DNA of 64,000 nucleotides, from the NCBI GenBank assembly GCA_003552585.1, contig PUNK01000035.1:93-64092 (forward strand), in the 5' to 3' direction. The notes beneath the pieces were generated by a model, which was given only the letters and a program-made list of their open reading frames with translations, was not told where the DNA came from and did not search any database. Below are positions 30,349 through 39,307 of the stretch, piece by piece. The DNA is from Thermoplasmata archaeon. GTDB lineage: Archaea; Thermoplasmatota; Thermoplasmata; Halarchaeoplasmatales; Halarchaeoplasmataceae. Every line of letters begins with the position of its first letter. Position 1 is the stretch's first letter. Made by a program: the position numbers and the translations under genes.

Positions 30349-30510
30349 TTACCTGTCCTTTTTTCTACTACAAATGGCAAATTCATCGCCATCAAAAAAG
30401 ACCTCACGGTCAGGATACTCTTCTTGCAGGTCATTTATCATCTTCTGGATATCTTCCAGAGTGATCTCGTCGTCATTTCTATCTATCCTTTTGTGGATCC
30501 TTTTGTCCAT
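30349..30510 (-). CDS. Small hypothetical protein (53 aa), below the ORF-track cut-off
   Basis: MDKRIHKRIDRNDDEITLEDIQKMINDLQEEYPDREVFFDGDEFAICSRKKDR; GAGGA RBS; ends 5 nt before the ipk start. Confidence 0.7.
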   Translation of the reverse strand: MDKRIHKRIDRNDDEITLEDIQKMINDLQEEYPDREVFFDGDEFAICSRKKDR

Positions 30511-30748
30511 TTGGATTCCTCAAACTTACGGGATAGATAGGTATGTCACTACTTATATTTTTTTGGTGTTTGTAAAGAGCTAAATCAGTAAATTTTCTTA
30601 GAAAACATCGATCTGAGCGTATGACAAATTGGGAAATAATTAAGTTATCATATCTTAAATTAGCTGCTCACGGCGAGCGATAGGTATAAATAGTATGCGA
30701 TAGCTATATTCATGTCTGACGATGGTATGACAAAGGATGGGATATCAT

Positions 30749-30889
30749 ATGACAAAGAAAATGTCGTTCTGGGATAAAGTAGACGAATACAAGTATTTGA
30801 TAATGTACTATGTGTATTTTGCCACTTGTTTGACCGTGGCCTTGTGGCTGGCTAAACCTTTCGACTTATTGGTTTCGATGCTAAGTTAA
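30749..30889 (+). CDS. Small single-TM protein (46 aa), below the ORF-track cut-off
   Basis: MTKKMSFWDKVDEYKYLIMYYVYFATCLTVALWLAKPFDLLVSMLS; TATAAATA upstream near 30686. Confidence 0.5.
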   Translation: MTKKMSFWDKVDEYKYLIMYYVYFATCLTVALWLAKPFDLLVSMLS

Positions 30890-31834
30890 GGAAAGAACGG
30901 TTTGGGCTATCGACTCCGCACTGTTGTATTTTGGTTTCCAACCAAGTGAGTTCAACTTATCGATGGAAAGACGCATAGCCTTCACATCCCCTTTCCAGCC
31001 CCGACCATCTCCTGCACCACCGGTCCAACTGTATTGTACATCCTCTAATCCCATCTCTCTGCAGACAATATCCGCGATCTCCTTTACACTGATACTATCT
31101 TCAGAACCCAGGTTATAATAATCGACTTTTTTATCGCTTTTTTCAGTGGCATAAAGCATTCCATCGATACAGTCAGATATGTGGAAATAAGATTTTATGG
31201 TTCCAGGAGGGCTTCCGAGTATCTCAAGTTTATGAGGATCATCTTCCAGCTTTTTGACAAAGTCGTAAGTGACACCGTGAGTACTTCTTGGACCTACTAC
31301 GTTAGCGAATCTAAAATGAACTGACTTCATGTTGAAGGTGTGACAATATGCCGAAATGAGAGCTTCGCAAGAAAGTTTGGATGCACCGTACAATGAAATC
31401 GGTTCAAGTGGACCAAATGATTCTGGTGTAGGTATAACATCGGTCTCTCCGTACACGGTGGAAGTGGATGTAAAAACAATATCTTTTGTTCCAAGCTCCC
31501 TCATAGCTTCCAGTATGTTGTAAGTGGCTAAAACATTCTGCTCCAGATGAACATATGTATCGCTCGCCCCAAGTCTTACATCAGGGTTAGCTGCAAGATG
31601 AAAGACCATGTCGCATCCTTCCATCTCCTTCTTTAATCTGTCTGTATCTAAAACATCTGCTATTATCAGGTCGAAAGAGTCGTTATCTTCGAGATGTTCT
31701 ACCATCTCTATTTTCCCTGATGATAGATTATCGTATCCTTTGACATAGTTATCTTCAACCAGGGCATCTGCTAGATGGCTTCCGATAAATCCAGCTGCTC
31801 CGGTTAACAGTATTTTTCGTCCTTTTATTTTCAT
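30881..31834 (-). CDS. NAD-dependent epimerase/dehydratase (UDP-glucose 4-epimerase-like)
   Basis: TGAAGFIGSH, HLAANPDV, YGASK and GWKGDV. Confidence 0.92.
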   Translation of the reverse strand: MKIKGRKILLTGAAGFIGSHLADALVEDNYVKGYDNLSSGKIEMVEHLEDNDSFDLIIADVLDTDRLKKEMEGCDMVFHLAANPDVRLGASDTYVHLEQNVLATYNILEAMRELGTKDIVFTSTSTVYGETDVIPTPESFGPLEPISLYGASKLSCEALISAYCHTFNMKSVHFRFANVVGPRSTHGVTYDFVKKLEDDPHKLEILGSPPGTIKSYFHISDCIDGMLYATEKSDKKVDYYNLGSEDSISVKEIADIVCREMGLEDVQYSWTGGAGDGRGWKGDVKAMRLSIDKLNSLGWKPKYNSAESIAQTVLSLT

Positions 31835-32559
31835 GTGCTTTCCTCCTTCTCGGCTAAATAATTTTTAGTGAAAAAATACAAGAAAACCAATATTGTAATC
31901 ACAACTAAAAGCGATCCTATACCCTGGAAGATACTGCTTCTAAATGCACGGAGTATAGCATCACCAACGAAGTAAGAGGTACTTGCGATCAGAAAACAGC
32001 CTGTAAATGATCCAATTATTATCGAAAACCACGTATGGTATTTGTTCATACCTATCACTCTACCCATTATAGAAGCTCCCACACCTCCACTTCCCTGGAA
32101 TGGGATCACCACGAAAAGAGCTATACCTAGATAAGCTAGCTTTTTGATCCATGGTTTTTCTTTCATTTTTTGAGCACCGAAGTTCTGGAATCGAACGATC
32201 CAATCGCCAATTAACGGAATCTTTTCAGCGATATAGAAATTCCACAGTAGGAAATATGAGGTTATAATATCGACGAACGCTATTGAGCTGGCAACAAGAA
32301 AGATGATTTGATGAGGGGCATAGAGTCCTTTTCTAGTTAATTCTGTAACCACTATCGGTATGACACTTTCCTTACCAGCAGGGGGGAAGAAGTATGCGAA
32401 GATGCCTCCACCCATCACCCAGAAGGTTGAGCCATTGGGGATGATAAGGTACAGTAAATAGATGTAAGTGAACCCGATCAGGAATGGATTGAAGAAAAGG
32501 AATAGTTTACCCCATATCGTTTTAAAGAACCCGTCTTCTTCGTATAATGTATCATCCAT
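31831..32559 (-). CDS. Small multidrug-export-like membrane protein
   Basis: YFFPPAGKESVIP and FVVIPFQGSGG motifs, multiple TM. Confidence 0.7.
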   Translation of the reverse strand: MDDTLYEEDGFFKTIWGKLFLFFNPFLIGFTYIYLLYLIIPNGSTFWVMGGGIFAYFFPPAGKESVIPIVVTELTRKGLYAPHQIIFLVASSIAFVDIITSYFLLWNFYIAEKIPLIGDWIVRFQNFGAQKMKEKPWIKKLAYLGIALFVVIPFQGSGGVGASIMGRVIGMNKYHTWFSIIIGSFTGCFLIASTSYFVGDAILRAFRSSIFQGIGSLLVVITILVFLYFFTKNYLAEKEEST

Positions 32560-32603
32560 CGTTATAGGGAACTCATGGCTATTAAAATAACTTTTGGATA
32601 TTC

Positions 32604-33233
32604 TTAAAAAGAAACGGGTATCAATGCATGGTCCTTTTGCCACCTGGATATCACGATAGGTTCCTTCACATCCAAGCCATTTTCTTTAAGTTCTCTTTTC
32701 ACTTCCTGATAGATCTTTGTCGGCTCCTTACTAATATCGATGCTGCGCGCTTTAACGGCTATCATACCCAGTGCTCCTTTTTTTAGGACACCTATGTTTT
32801 TCAAGAAGATGTTCGACTGGTCCCGTTGTGCTATATCTTGGTACAAAAAGTCGACCTTATCAACTATATCGTTGTAGTTACCAGGATGTCTTGCATCGGC
32901 AAGGATAGGAAAAATGTTGGGCCGTTTTTGGGATAATGAAAGCAGCTTTCTATAGGCTGTGGGGGATACCTCAACTGCAAAGATGCGTCCACTGGCTGCC
33001 ATGTCTGAAAGATGACTGACCGTGGTCCCTTGACCGGCACCTAGGTAAAGGATATCGCTATCTTCTTTAATCTGTAGATTTCCTCCTAGCTTGAGATATG
33101 CCGAAAGTTTACTCCTATGTGGATTCCAGTGCCTATATTCTACACCATCGAAGCTTCGTAATTCTTCCCCGTAAACGGCCTTTCCGGGAACAAGATTCTT
33201 GGTAAAATACTCGCCACTGTGTTCTTTTATCAT
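32604..33233 (-). CDS. flpA: Fibrillarin-like rRNA/tRNA 2'-O-methyltransferase
   Basis: VYGE, WNPHRSKL, LYLGAGQGTTVSHLSD, YQDIAQRDQ and KARSID. Confidence 0.95.
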   Translation of the reverse strand: MIKEHSGEYFTKNLVPGKAVYGEELRSFDGVEYRHWNPHRSKLSAYLKLGGNLQIKEDSDILYLGAGQGTTVSHLSDMAASGRIFAVEVSPTAYRKLLSLSQKRPNIFPILADARHPGNYNDIVDKVDFLYQDIAQRDQSNIFLKNIGVLKKGALGMIAVKARSIDISKEPTKIYQEVKRELKENGLDVKEPIVISRWQKDHALIPVSF

Positions 33234-34321
33234 CTCATCTCTTCTATAACTTGTGGGAATTCTTCTGCAAATACCTCGATTTCCTCTTGAGGTATGGTGA
33301 ATGAAACTCTTATGAAATTTTCACCGGCGGTCTTCGAAACATAAGTTCCCGCCCGCACGAAGATATCGTGTTCCTTCAACAGGACCTCCTGTACATCATC
33401 AGGATGTAACCCGGTTTCCTCTATATCGATTATGAACATGTTTGTGTTGGAAGGGTAAACCGGCAGGTGAGTCCCATCCGTTTTTTCGACAGCTTCCTTT
33501 ATTATGGCTTGATTTTTTCGAGATTGTTCAAGCATGTCCGAAAGCCACTCATCCTTCGTTTCAAGTGCTACTTTTGCACCAACCTGGGCGAGGATATTGG
33601 AAGATAATGGATTCGACCTGTATCTACTTATTTCATCGAACATATGATCAGGGGTTATCAACGAACCTAAACGCATTCCTGCAAATCCACAGTTTTTGGA
33701 GAAAGAGTAGATTATCAGAGTCCTTTCCGGTACGAAATCGGTTGCAAGAGTATGGTCGAAAGCAAAATCTCTGTATGTGATATCGTCTATTACCCATAGG
33801 TCGTTGTCCTCGGCTATCTCAGATATGCCTTTAACTTCATCTCTCGTATACGAACTTCCTAGAGGATTAAGGGGATCGATCAAAAGTATAGCCTTCGTTG
33901 AATCATCCACCCTTTCGTTTATGTTCTCCACGGTCATACGATAGGGCTCTCGATAGACGTTTATCTCCTCGAGGTTCGTTTTACAGAGTTCTATCTGATG
34001 ATGGATCGGCATGAAGCTTGGGTCCGAAGCGATAACACTATCACCTGGATCGAACAGCGCTCGAGTCATGAAATAACTCGCTTCGATCGCACCATTGGTG
34101 ATGATACTGCCGAACCCTTCTTCAAGGCCGAGATCTCTTAGAAGGGCTTCTTTCAACCCCTTCAATCCCTGCTGATGTGGGTAAAGGGCGTATTTTCTTT
34201 CTTTCACAGCATCTATGATCGCCTCTTGGATGAGGGGTGAAGTTTCCAACTCATTCGTATTCTGGCTCATCCAGATTATTTCATCTTCCCGGTCGTGAGC
34301 ATATCTAAAGGGATCTTCCAT
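33230..34321 (-). CDS. PLP-dependent aminotransferase class I/II
   Basis: DPLNPLG, DDITY and SFSKNCGFAGMRLG (PLP lysine). Confidence 0.9.
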   Translation of the reverse strand: MEDPFRYAHDREDEIIWMSQNTNELETSPLIQEAIIDAVKERKYALYPHQQGLKGLKEALLRDLGLEEGFGSIITNGAIEASYFMTRALFDPGDSVIASDPSFMPIHHQIELCKTNLEEINVYREPYRMTVENINERVDDSTKAILLIDPLNPLGSSYTRDEVKGISEIAEDNDLWVIDDITYRDFAFDHTLATDFVPERTLIIYSFSKNCGFAGMRLGSLITPDHMFDEISRYRSNPLSSNILAQVGAKVALETKDEWLSDMLEQSRKNQAIIKEAVEKTDGTHLPVYPSNTNMFIIDIEETGLHPDDVQEVLLKEHDIFVRAGTYVSKTAGENFIRVSFTIPQEEIEVFAEEFPQVIEEMR

Positions 34322-34372
34322 TCAAACACCAGGGAAGGGAGGAGAACTACTTGTATAAGATATTTGGGTGCA

Positions 34373-34387
34373 GAAAATTATTTATTA
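34373..34387 (+). promoter_or_regulatory. BRE/TATA promoter of tRNA-Glu
   Basis: GAAAA-TTA-TTTATTA ending ~22 nt upstream of the tRNA 5' end. Confidence 0.5.
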
Positions 34388-34409
34388 CCGCTCCCTTTTG
34401 AGCACGTTG

Positions 34410-34505
34410 GCTCCTGTGGTGTAGTCCGGCCAATCATTTCGGCCTTTCGAGGCCGATCCCGGCCGTAGATAGCCGAATACCTGGGTTCGAATCCCAGCAG
34501 GAGCA
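34410..34505 (+). tRNA. tRNA-Glu(UUC) with a 21-nt intron at 37/38 (34450-34470)
   Basis: Acceptor GCTCCTG/CAGGAGC, anticodon stem TCGGC/GCCGA, TTC at 34446-34448, T arm CTGGG-TTCGAAT-CCCAG; CCA not encoded. Confidence 0.93.
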
Positions 34506-34595
34506 TTAAAATTTTTTTAATGCGACTATAGTGATGAGAACCTCGGTTCGTGAACAAATTTACAATTTGTGAGCGTTTGGAATCTTTTCCGAACA

Positions 34596-34614
34596 GAATC
34601 CCAGCAGGAGCATT
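34596..34614 (+). repeat. 19-bp direct repeat of the tRNA-Glu 3' end (att-like)
   Basis: GAATCCCAGCAGGAGCATT identical at 34489-34507 and 34596-34614. Confidence 0.9.
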
Positions 34615-34714
34615 TTAAACTCTTCAAAAGTGCAAGTAAGTGGAAAAATCCTCTTATTTTTCAACGAAGGAGTATACCTTTTTAGCGTTCTTTTCTACTC
34701 TTTTATTCTAATTG

Positions 34715-35650
34715 TCAATTTTCCCCAAGCACATTGATAAGATAACCCATGGTCTCGATATCTTTTCTGTTATGCTCTATTATGGGTATCAGTGTACCTG
34801 GATTTTTCTTACGCAAGTAAATCTCGTAAAAATGTGGTACCAACGCGCTGGAAATATCCTGTTCTCTTTTATGTCCAAGAACGTGTTCCTCTAAAGTGAC
34901 CAGTTTGTGGTTTGGAACATTTTTCAGTTTTCCTCTAACCATATGTAAAAGATCGAAGTGAGGTTCTTCAATCTCTCCTTCGATACCTAAAACGTCCATC
35001 CTCTCTCTGATAAATCTAGAATCAAAACTTCTTCCGTTAAAACTGACAAGGTATTTTTTCCTTTTTTTCTCTTTTAAAAACTCAAGGATAACGGCAGCTT
35101 CTTCATCCAAGTCTCTAGCAAAGTATTGTCTTATATCCAATCGTCCATTTGACCAGGTTCCAACACCTATAAGAAATGCGGGTCTATATCTGAGACCCAT
35201 TGTTTCAATATCGAAGAAGAGCAGCTCTTCTGGTTCAACCAATCCCATCAGTGCATGTGTTAAAGGATGTGATATGCTGTGCCACCTCTCGATCCTTTTT
35301 TGTAGTCTTCGTACATTTTTTACTTCTAGATCTTTGAGGATAGGCTTTACCTTTTCACAATAACAATCGTCATCTCGCAACTTATCCAGTCGATCTAAGC
35401 CACAGCTTTTCAGAGAGTTCACCGTTTTTGGTCCCACCCCTTTAATCAATCTTAAGTCATTCATTATGGCATTTTTTGCATATTCTTCTGATGGGAGTTT
35501 AAGCTCCATCCTTCCTCCCGATTCGATCATGTAATAGCATCCTCTCGTATTGAGCAGTTCTTCTCCCTGAACTACTTCTTCCAACTTTTGGTCCCGGTGC
35601 TCTGACATCAACCTCCATTTCAACTTTTCGATCTTGTAAATATCTGACAT
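34715..35650 (-). CDS. YprB-like RNase H-fold exonuclease with a helix-hairpin-helix motif
   Basis: LIKGVGPKT (HhH), FFDIETMGL, SFNGRSFD, HFDL and HNRKDI. Confidence 0.87.
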   Translation of the reverse strand: MSDIYKIEKLKWRLMSEHRDQKLEEVVQGEELLNTRGCYYMIESGGRMELKLPSEEYAKNAIMNDLRLIKGVGPKTVNSLKSCGLDRLDKLRDDDCYCEKVKPILKDLEVKNVRRLQKRIERWHSISHPLTHALMGLVEPEELLFFDIETMGLRYRPAFLIGVGTWSNGRLDIRQYFARDLDEEAAVILEFLKEKKRKKYLVSFNGRSFDSRFIRERMDVLGIEGEIEEPHFDLLHMVRGKLKNVPNHKLVTLEEHVLGHKREQDISSALVPHFYEIYLRKKNPGTLIPIIEHNRKDIETMGYLINVLGEN

Positions 35651-35666
35651 TTAGCTATATCCCCTT

Positions 35667-36098
35667 TTATCTTACTTCTAAATTATCTTTTAGTCCCCTG
35701 ATCTTTTTCACCACTGTATCAGGGTCAGCTACACCTTTGAAGGTGACCTTGATCTCCCCGTAAGTTCCTATCCTTACATCTCCAAAGTTGATCAGTTCAC
35801 CCAGATTTCCCTTGTATATGCTGACCGACTTAACATCTTCAATATCCTGCTTTTCCATCCCCTTACCAAGGTGCAGCGATCTATTACTGTAAACACCTTT
35901 GTTTGTTATCCAATAGTCGGAAGTTAGCTTATCCAAGGAGATAATGACAAACAGTGCAAGCCCGAGTAAGAATAAAATGGGGAATACGAGTCCAAAGAAG
36001 ATCCAAAACAAAGCTGAAACTAACCAAAGTGTGTAACTCTTCCAACACCTTTGACCGTACCAAATAACCTTCTTATCTTTCAGTCCTTTTTTTATCAT
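35667..36098 (-). CDS. Bacterial PH-domain membrane protein
   Basis: Two TM then YWITNK...NFGDVRIGT...FKGVADP. Confidence 0.7.
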   Translation of the reverse strand: MIKKGLKDKKVIWYGQRCWKSYTLWLVSALFWIFFGLVFPILFLLGLALFVIISLDKLTSDYWITNKGVYSNRSLHLGKGMEKQDIEDVKSVSIYKGNLGELINFGDVRIGTYGEIKVTFKGVADPDTVVKKIRGLKDNLEVR

Positions 36099-36111
36099 AT
36101 ATCATTCTCCG

Positions 36112-38700
36112 TCATTCGAGGAATTCAGGAGGAAGATAGTCTGTCTCCTCTTCCTCATACAACTCCTCTTCGTCGAATTCTAGATCTTCTAATTCCTCTT
36201 TCTTTGTAAAGAAAACAGCCAAGGCGATCCCGCCGGCAACAACTATAACTATAGATGAGATCACCATCATTATGTCCAATGATGTGGTCCGAATCCTGTA
36301 CATCCTTATCTCACCTAAATCCATTTCCTCTCCCGGAGGTACTGTAACTTCTCTTTTAACCGTTTGATATCTTTCTTTTTGGAAGGTGATTTCATACTCA
36401 CCAGCATACGTCTCTATTTTAAATCTTCCATCATGATTAGTGAACACGACATCTCCAGATTCTAGCTCCACCTTAACATCGTGGATCGGATCACCTCTGT
36501 GGTCGACTACAACGCCGGTCAGGTTTCCACTTCTCATGGTTGTGAATGACCATGAATAGGTCTCTTCCAATTCATTCCCTGCAAGGTCGCTACCGTTAAC
36601 AAATATAGTATAATTAGTACCGTATTCTACATCGTTTTCTGGAGCCGCTCTTACTCTATCTTCATCGACCCATGTATGATTGCCTATGGAAAGTTTATCT
36701 GAACTTATATTTACCGATCCTTGATCCATCTCTTCGGAGAATGTGATGTCGATAACAAAATCTCTAGAGACCTCGTCTCCCCTGGGTCGAGCATAGAGAA
36801 CCTCAGGAATGGTGTGATCGACGAATATTTGTAGAGATATGTTCGCTTCGTTACCCGCTCTATCTACAGCTTCCATTCGTATAATATATTCTCCTTCAGT
36901 TAAATTCTCAAACCGATGTGTTCCCTTTGGTGGCACTTCAAACCAATCGCCTTCATCCAGTCTTACCCTTACATCTTCTACACCTGAATTATCGTCGGTC
37001 ACGTTCCACTCCAAAAGGATGAAATCTTTATTAGTGTAATAACCGTCATATGGATAGATGATCTCTATCTCTGGTGACACATCGTCTGGTGACCCTTCCA
37101 TTACCTGGGTGTGAAGGCTTTCTCCAACATCATTGAATGCTGATAACCTGTAATAATATGTTTCATTGATCTCCACTTCGGTATCCGTGTAATTAAACTT
37201 CCCAATATCTTCGATCTCTTCGAGGAGAGAAAAGGAGGTAGGTTCATCACCTTTGTATATCCGATACCCAAGGAGTTCAGTTTTACCCATGGATCGAGGT
37301 TCATCCCACACGATGTTCAGGTATTCTTTACCAGGATCAACTGATGCGTTTCTAGGGTGACTCGGGATGACAGGCATGGATGGTTCTACGAGCGGTAGGT
37401 AATCCTTTGCATCACTTCCAGTGATATTGTATGCTTTATCCACCATCCCATCCTCATCTTCATCGGGTTCGGTCCACTCACTCCAGTGATTCCCAATATC
37501 TGAGGAGTTCCATCTGTTCAAACTAGTGTCATCTCTTCCCTGGCTTTTTGTTTCGTTGTTCAGCTCTCGTATCCCATTGTTATACATAAAAGCGTTTTCA
37601 TAGATCAAATTTTTTGATGATCCCTGGGTCAATATCATACCCTTCCCTGGTGCCCTCATGATCCGGTTATGATGTATGGTATTATTATGGGAATTCCCAA
37701 CCGTTACACCGTTGTTATAGATGATGTTGTTGGATATCATATTGTGGTTCGAGTGAGATTCAAGAACCAAACCAGCTTGTCCATTGTCGATGATTTTGTT
37801 GTCGGCTACAGTCACATGATCAGAGTTGTGAAGGATGATACCCTCTCTACCGTGTTCAAATATATTATTCTCCAAAGTGATATTATTAGATGAATGGATC
37901 CTTAGACCCGCACGAGGACTACTTCTGAATTCGGAGTTTGATACATCTATATCTGAGGAATATGCTAAGATCGATTCAGTATCTGATAGGTCTAAATTCT
38001 GCAGGGTTGCATAGCTAACGTTGGCAAATATGACCTGTCCCGCATTTGAAATTTCCATCCAACCCAAGTTTTCATTGGCGTAGTATTCGATCGGTTTGCC
38101 AGAAAAGGTGTTATCAACCATGATTTGATTTGCCAGAGTTTCTCTATCTAACGTGATGGTCAAGGGGCCATCATATAACGAATTGCCTTCAAATCTATTA
38201 TTTATTGAGCCCTCTATAGATATGCTTACTTCGTTGCCTTCGAAATTATTATCTTCTACTATGTTAGATGCGGAACTCCTGATGAGCAATCCTATGTGGT
38301 TGTTGTTGAAATCACTATCTATCACCCTAACATTACTGCTTTGATGGAGCAGCAATCCTGCTCCCTTTTTCCATATACTATCATCATGAGAAGCATTTCT
38401 GAATTCACAACTTTTAAAATCGGTGTGAAGTGTTGTATTGCCCATATAAAAAGAGTTCCCATCCCCTTCAAAAACATAATTTTCTATAATAAAAGGGTCT
38501 TGTTCTGTACCCTCTCCCTCTATATTTTCTTCTTCTACAAAATCCAACAACTCATCGTCGCTATCAATTCTGACACCTTTTTCATTATGATCATCTTCTG
38601 CAGTACTATTATCTAAAAGGTACATTGAACTGGAGCCGAAGATGATGATCGCTATGAGAACGATCGATATCAGTTTTTGTTCTGTTTTCGCCATTACCAT
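36112..38700 (-). CDS. Cell-surface protein: NosD-like beta-helix, FN3, Ig-like and carboxypeptidase-regulatory domains, TM anchor
   Basis: Signal peptide, GEGTEQDPFIIEN, Asn-ladder repeats, GNHWS..D, YYYRLSAFNDVGES, ITFSEEMD, TM plus acidic tail. Confidence 0.85.
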   Translation of the reverse strand: MVMAKTEQKLISIVLIAIIIFGSSSMYLLDNSTAEDDHNEKGVRIDSDDELLDFVEEENIEGEGTEQDPFIIENYVFEGDGNSFYMGNTTLHTDFKSCEFRNASHDDSIWKKGAGLLLHQSSNVRVIDSDFNNNHIGLLIRSSASNIVEDNNFEGNEVSISIEGSINNRFEGNSLYDGPLTITLDRETLANQIMVDNTFSGKPIEYYANENLGWMEISNAGQVIFANVSYATLQNLDLSDTESILAYSSDIDVSNSEFRSSPRAGLRIHSSNNITLENNIFEHGREGIILHNSDHVTVADNKIIDNGQAGLVLESHSNHNMISNNIIYNNGVTVGNSHNNTIHHNRIMRAPGKGMILTQGSSKNLIYENAFMYNNGIRELNNETKSQGRDDTSLNRWNSSDIGNHWSEWTEPDEDEDGMVDKAYNITGSDAKDYLPLVEPSMPVIPSHPRNASVDPGKEYLNIVWDEPRSMGKTELLGYRIYKGDEPTSFSLLEEIEDIGKFNYTDTEVEINETYYYRLSAFNDVGESLHTQVMEGSPDDVSPEIEIIYPYDGYYTNKDFILLEWNVTDDNSGVEDVRVRLDEGDWFEVPPKGTHRFENLTEGEYIIRMEAVDRAGNEANISLQIFVDHTIPEVLYARPRGDEVSRDFVIDITFSEEMDQGSVNISSDKLSIGNHTWVDEDRVRAAPENDVEYGTNYTIFVNGSDLAGNELEETYSWSFTTMRSGNLTGVVVDHRGDPIHDVKVELESGDVVFTNHDGRFKIETYAGEYEITFQKERYQTVKREVTVPPGEEMDLGEIRMYRIRTTSLDIMMVISSIVIVVAGGIALAVFFTKKEELEDLEFDEEELYEEEETDYLPPEFLE

Positions 38701-38875
38701 TCCTATACCATTTAAAATATTCCTTATTATTATAACTTTTGTATTGGATCCTGTGTTCCAGTGTGTATGGATATGGGGTTCGATAGAACACCCTCCTCAT
38801 AGGTCTTCCCCAAATCGCCAGGTATGAAGAAACTATAAATATTCCCCGTTGATTAGACCTTTAAGAGGATAAAAT

Positions 38876-39268
38876 ATGGATATGGCGGAATTAAAAGATA
38901 GGTTCCTGATGGCCTTTAAAGATAATAAAGATATTTGGGCCTATATAGCATCTATCTCTGCCATCCTGGTCACAATATCTGCCATACTTATCGTCTTTGC
39001 TGGAGATACGGGTATCTTTTTGGGTGCGATTATTATATCATCAGCCATAACTTTTCTTGTAGCCTCTTTGTTTGCGCTTGTTTTTGGAATTATTGGAGGG
39101 CCGATCATCGGCTTGTTTTTTGGTTTGTTCTTTGGAACTTATATCAGCTTTTGGATAGGTGGTCCCCAAGCGGCATATGTATCGTCCTTTGCCTCACCTA
39201 TTGCAGGCGTTGTTTCTGGTTATTTGACGGGAAAAGTAGGTAATACCTACGTTCCATCCGATGAATAG
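38876..39268 (+). CDS. Hypothetical Gly-rich membrane protein
   Basis: About 4 hydrophobic helices; directly upstream of the FtsZ-like gene. Confidence 0.65.
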   Translation: MDMAELKDRFLMAFKDNKDIWAYIASISAILVTISAILIVFAGDTGIFLGAIIISSAITFLVASLFALVFGIIGGPIIGLFFGLFFGTYISFWIGGPQAAYVSSFASPIAGVVSGYLTGKVGNTYVPSDE

Positions 39269-39307
39269 TTTTATATCGATTAAATCATTTACATGACCGA
39301 GGTCTTA

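Noticed and set aside
34489-34614. Intact integrated element at tRNA-Glu
   Set aside because: The att-like repeats are only 107 bp apart and there is no integrase in the window
34531-34614. Bona fide C/D box sRNA or trans-spliced split tRNA
   Set aside because: C-box present but no canonical CTGA D-box; no matching 5' half or clean BHB could be drawn
38745-38822. GGGGTTCGATAGAACACCC hairpin, tRNA T-arm-like, upstream of the NosD-like gene
   Set aside because: No cloverleaf or recognisable ncRNA family; a single short hairpin
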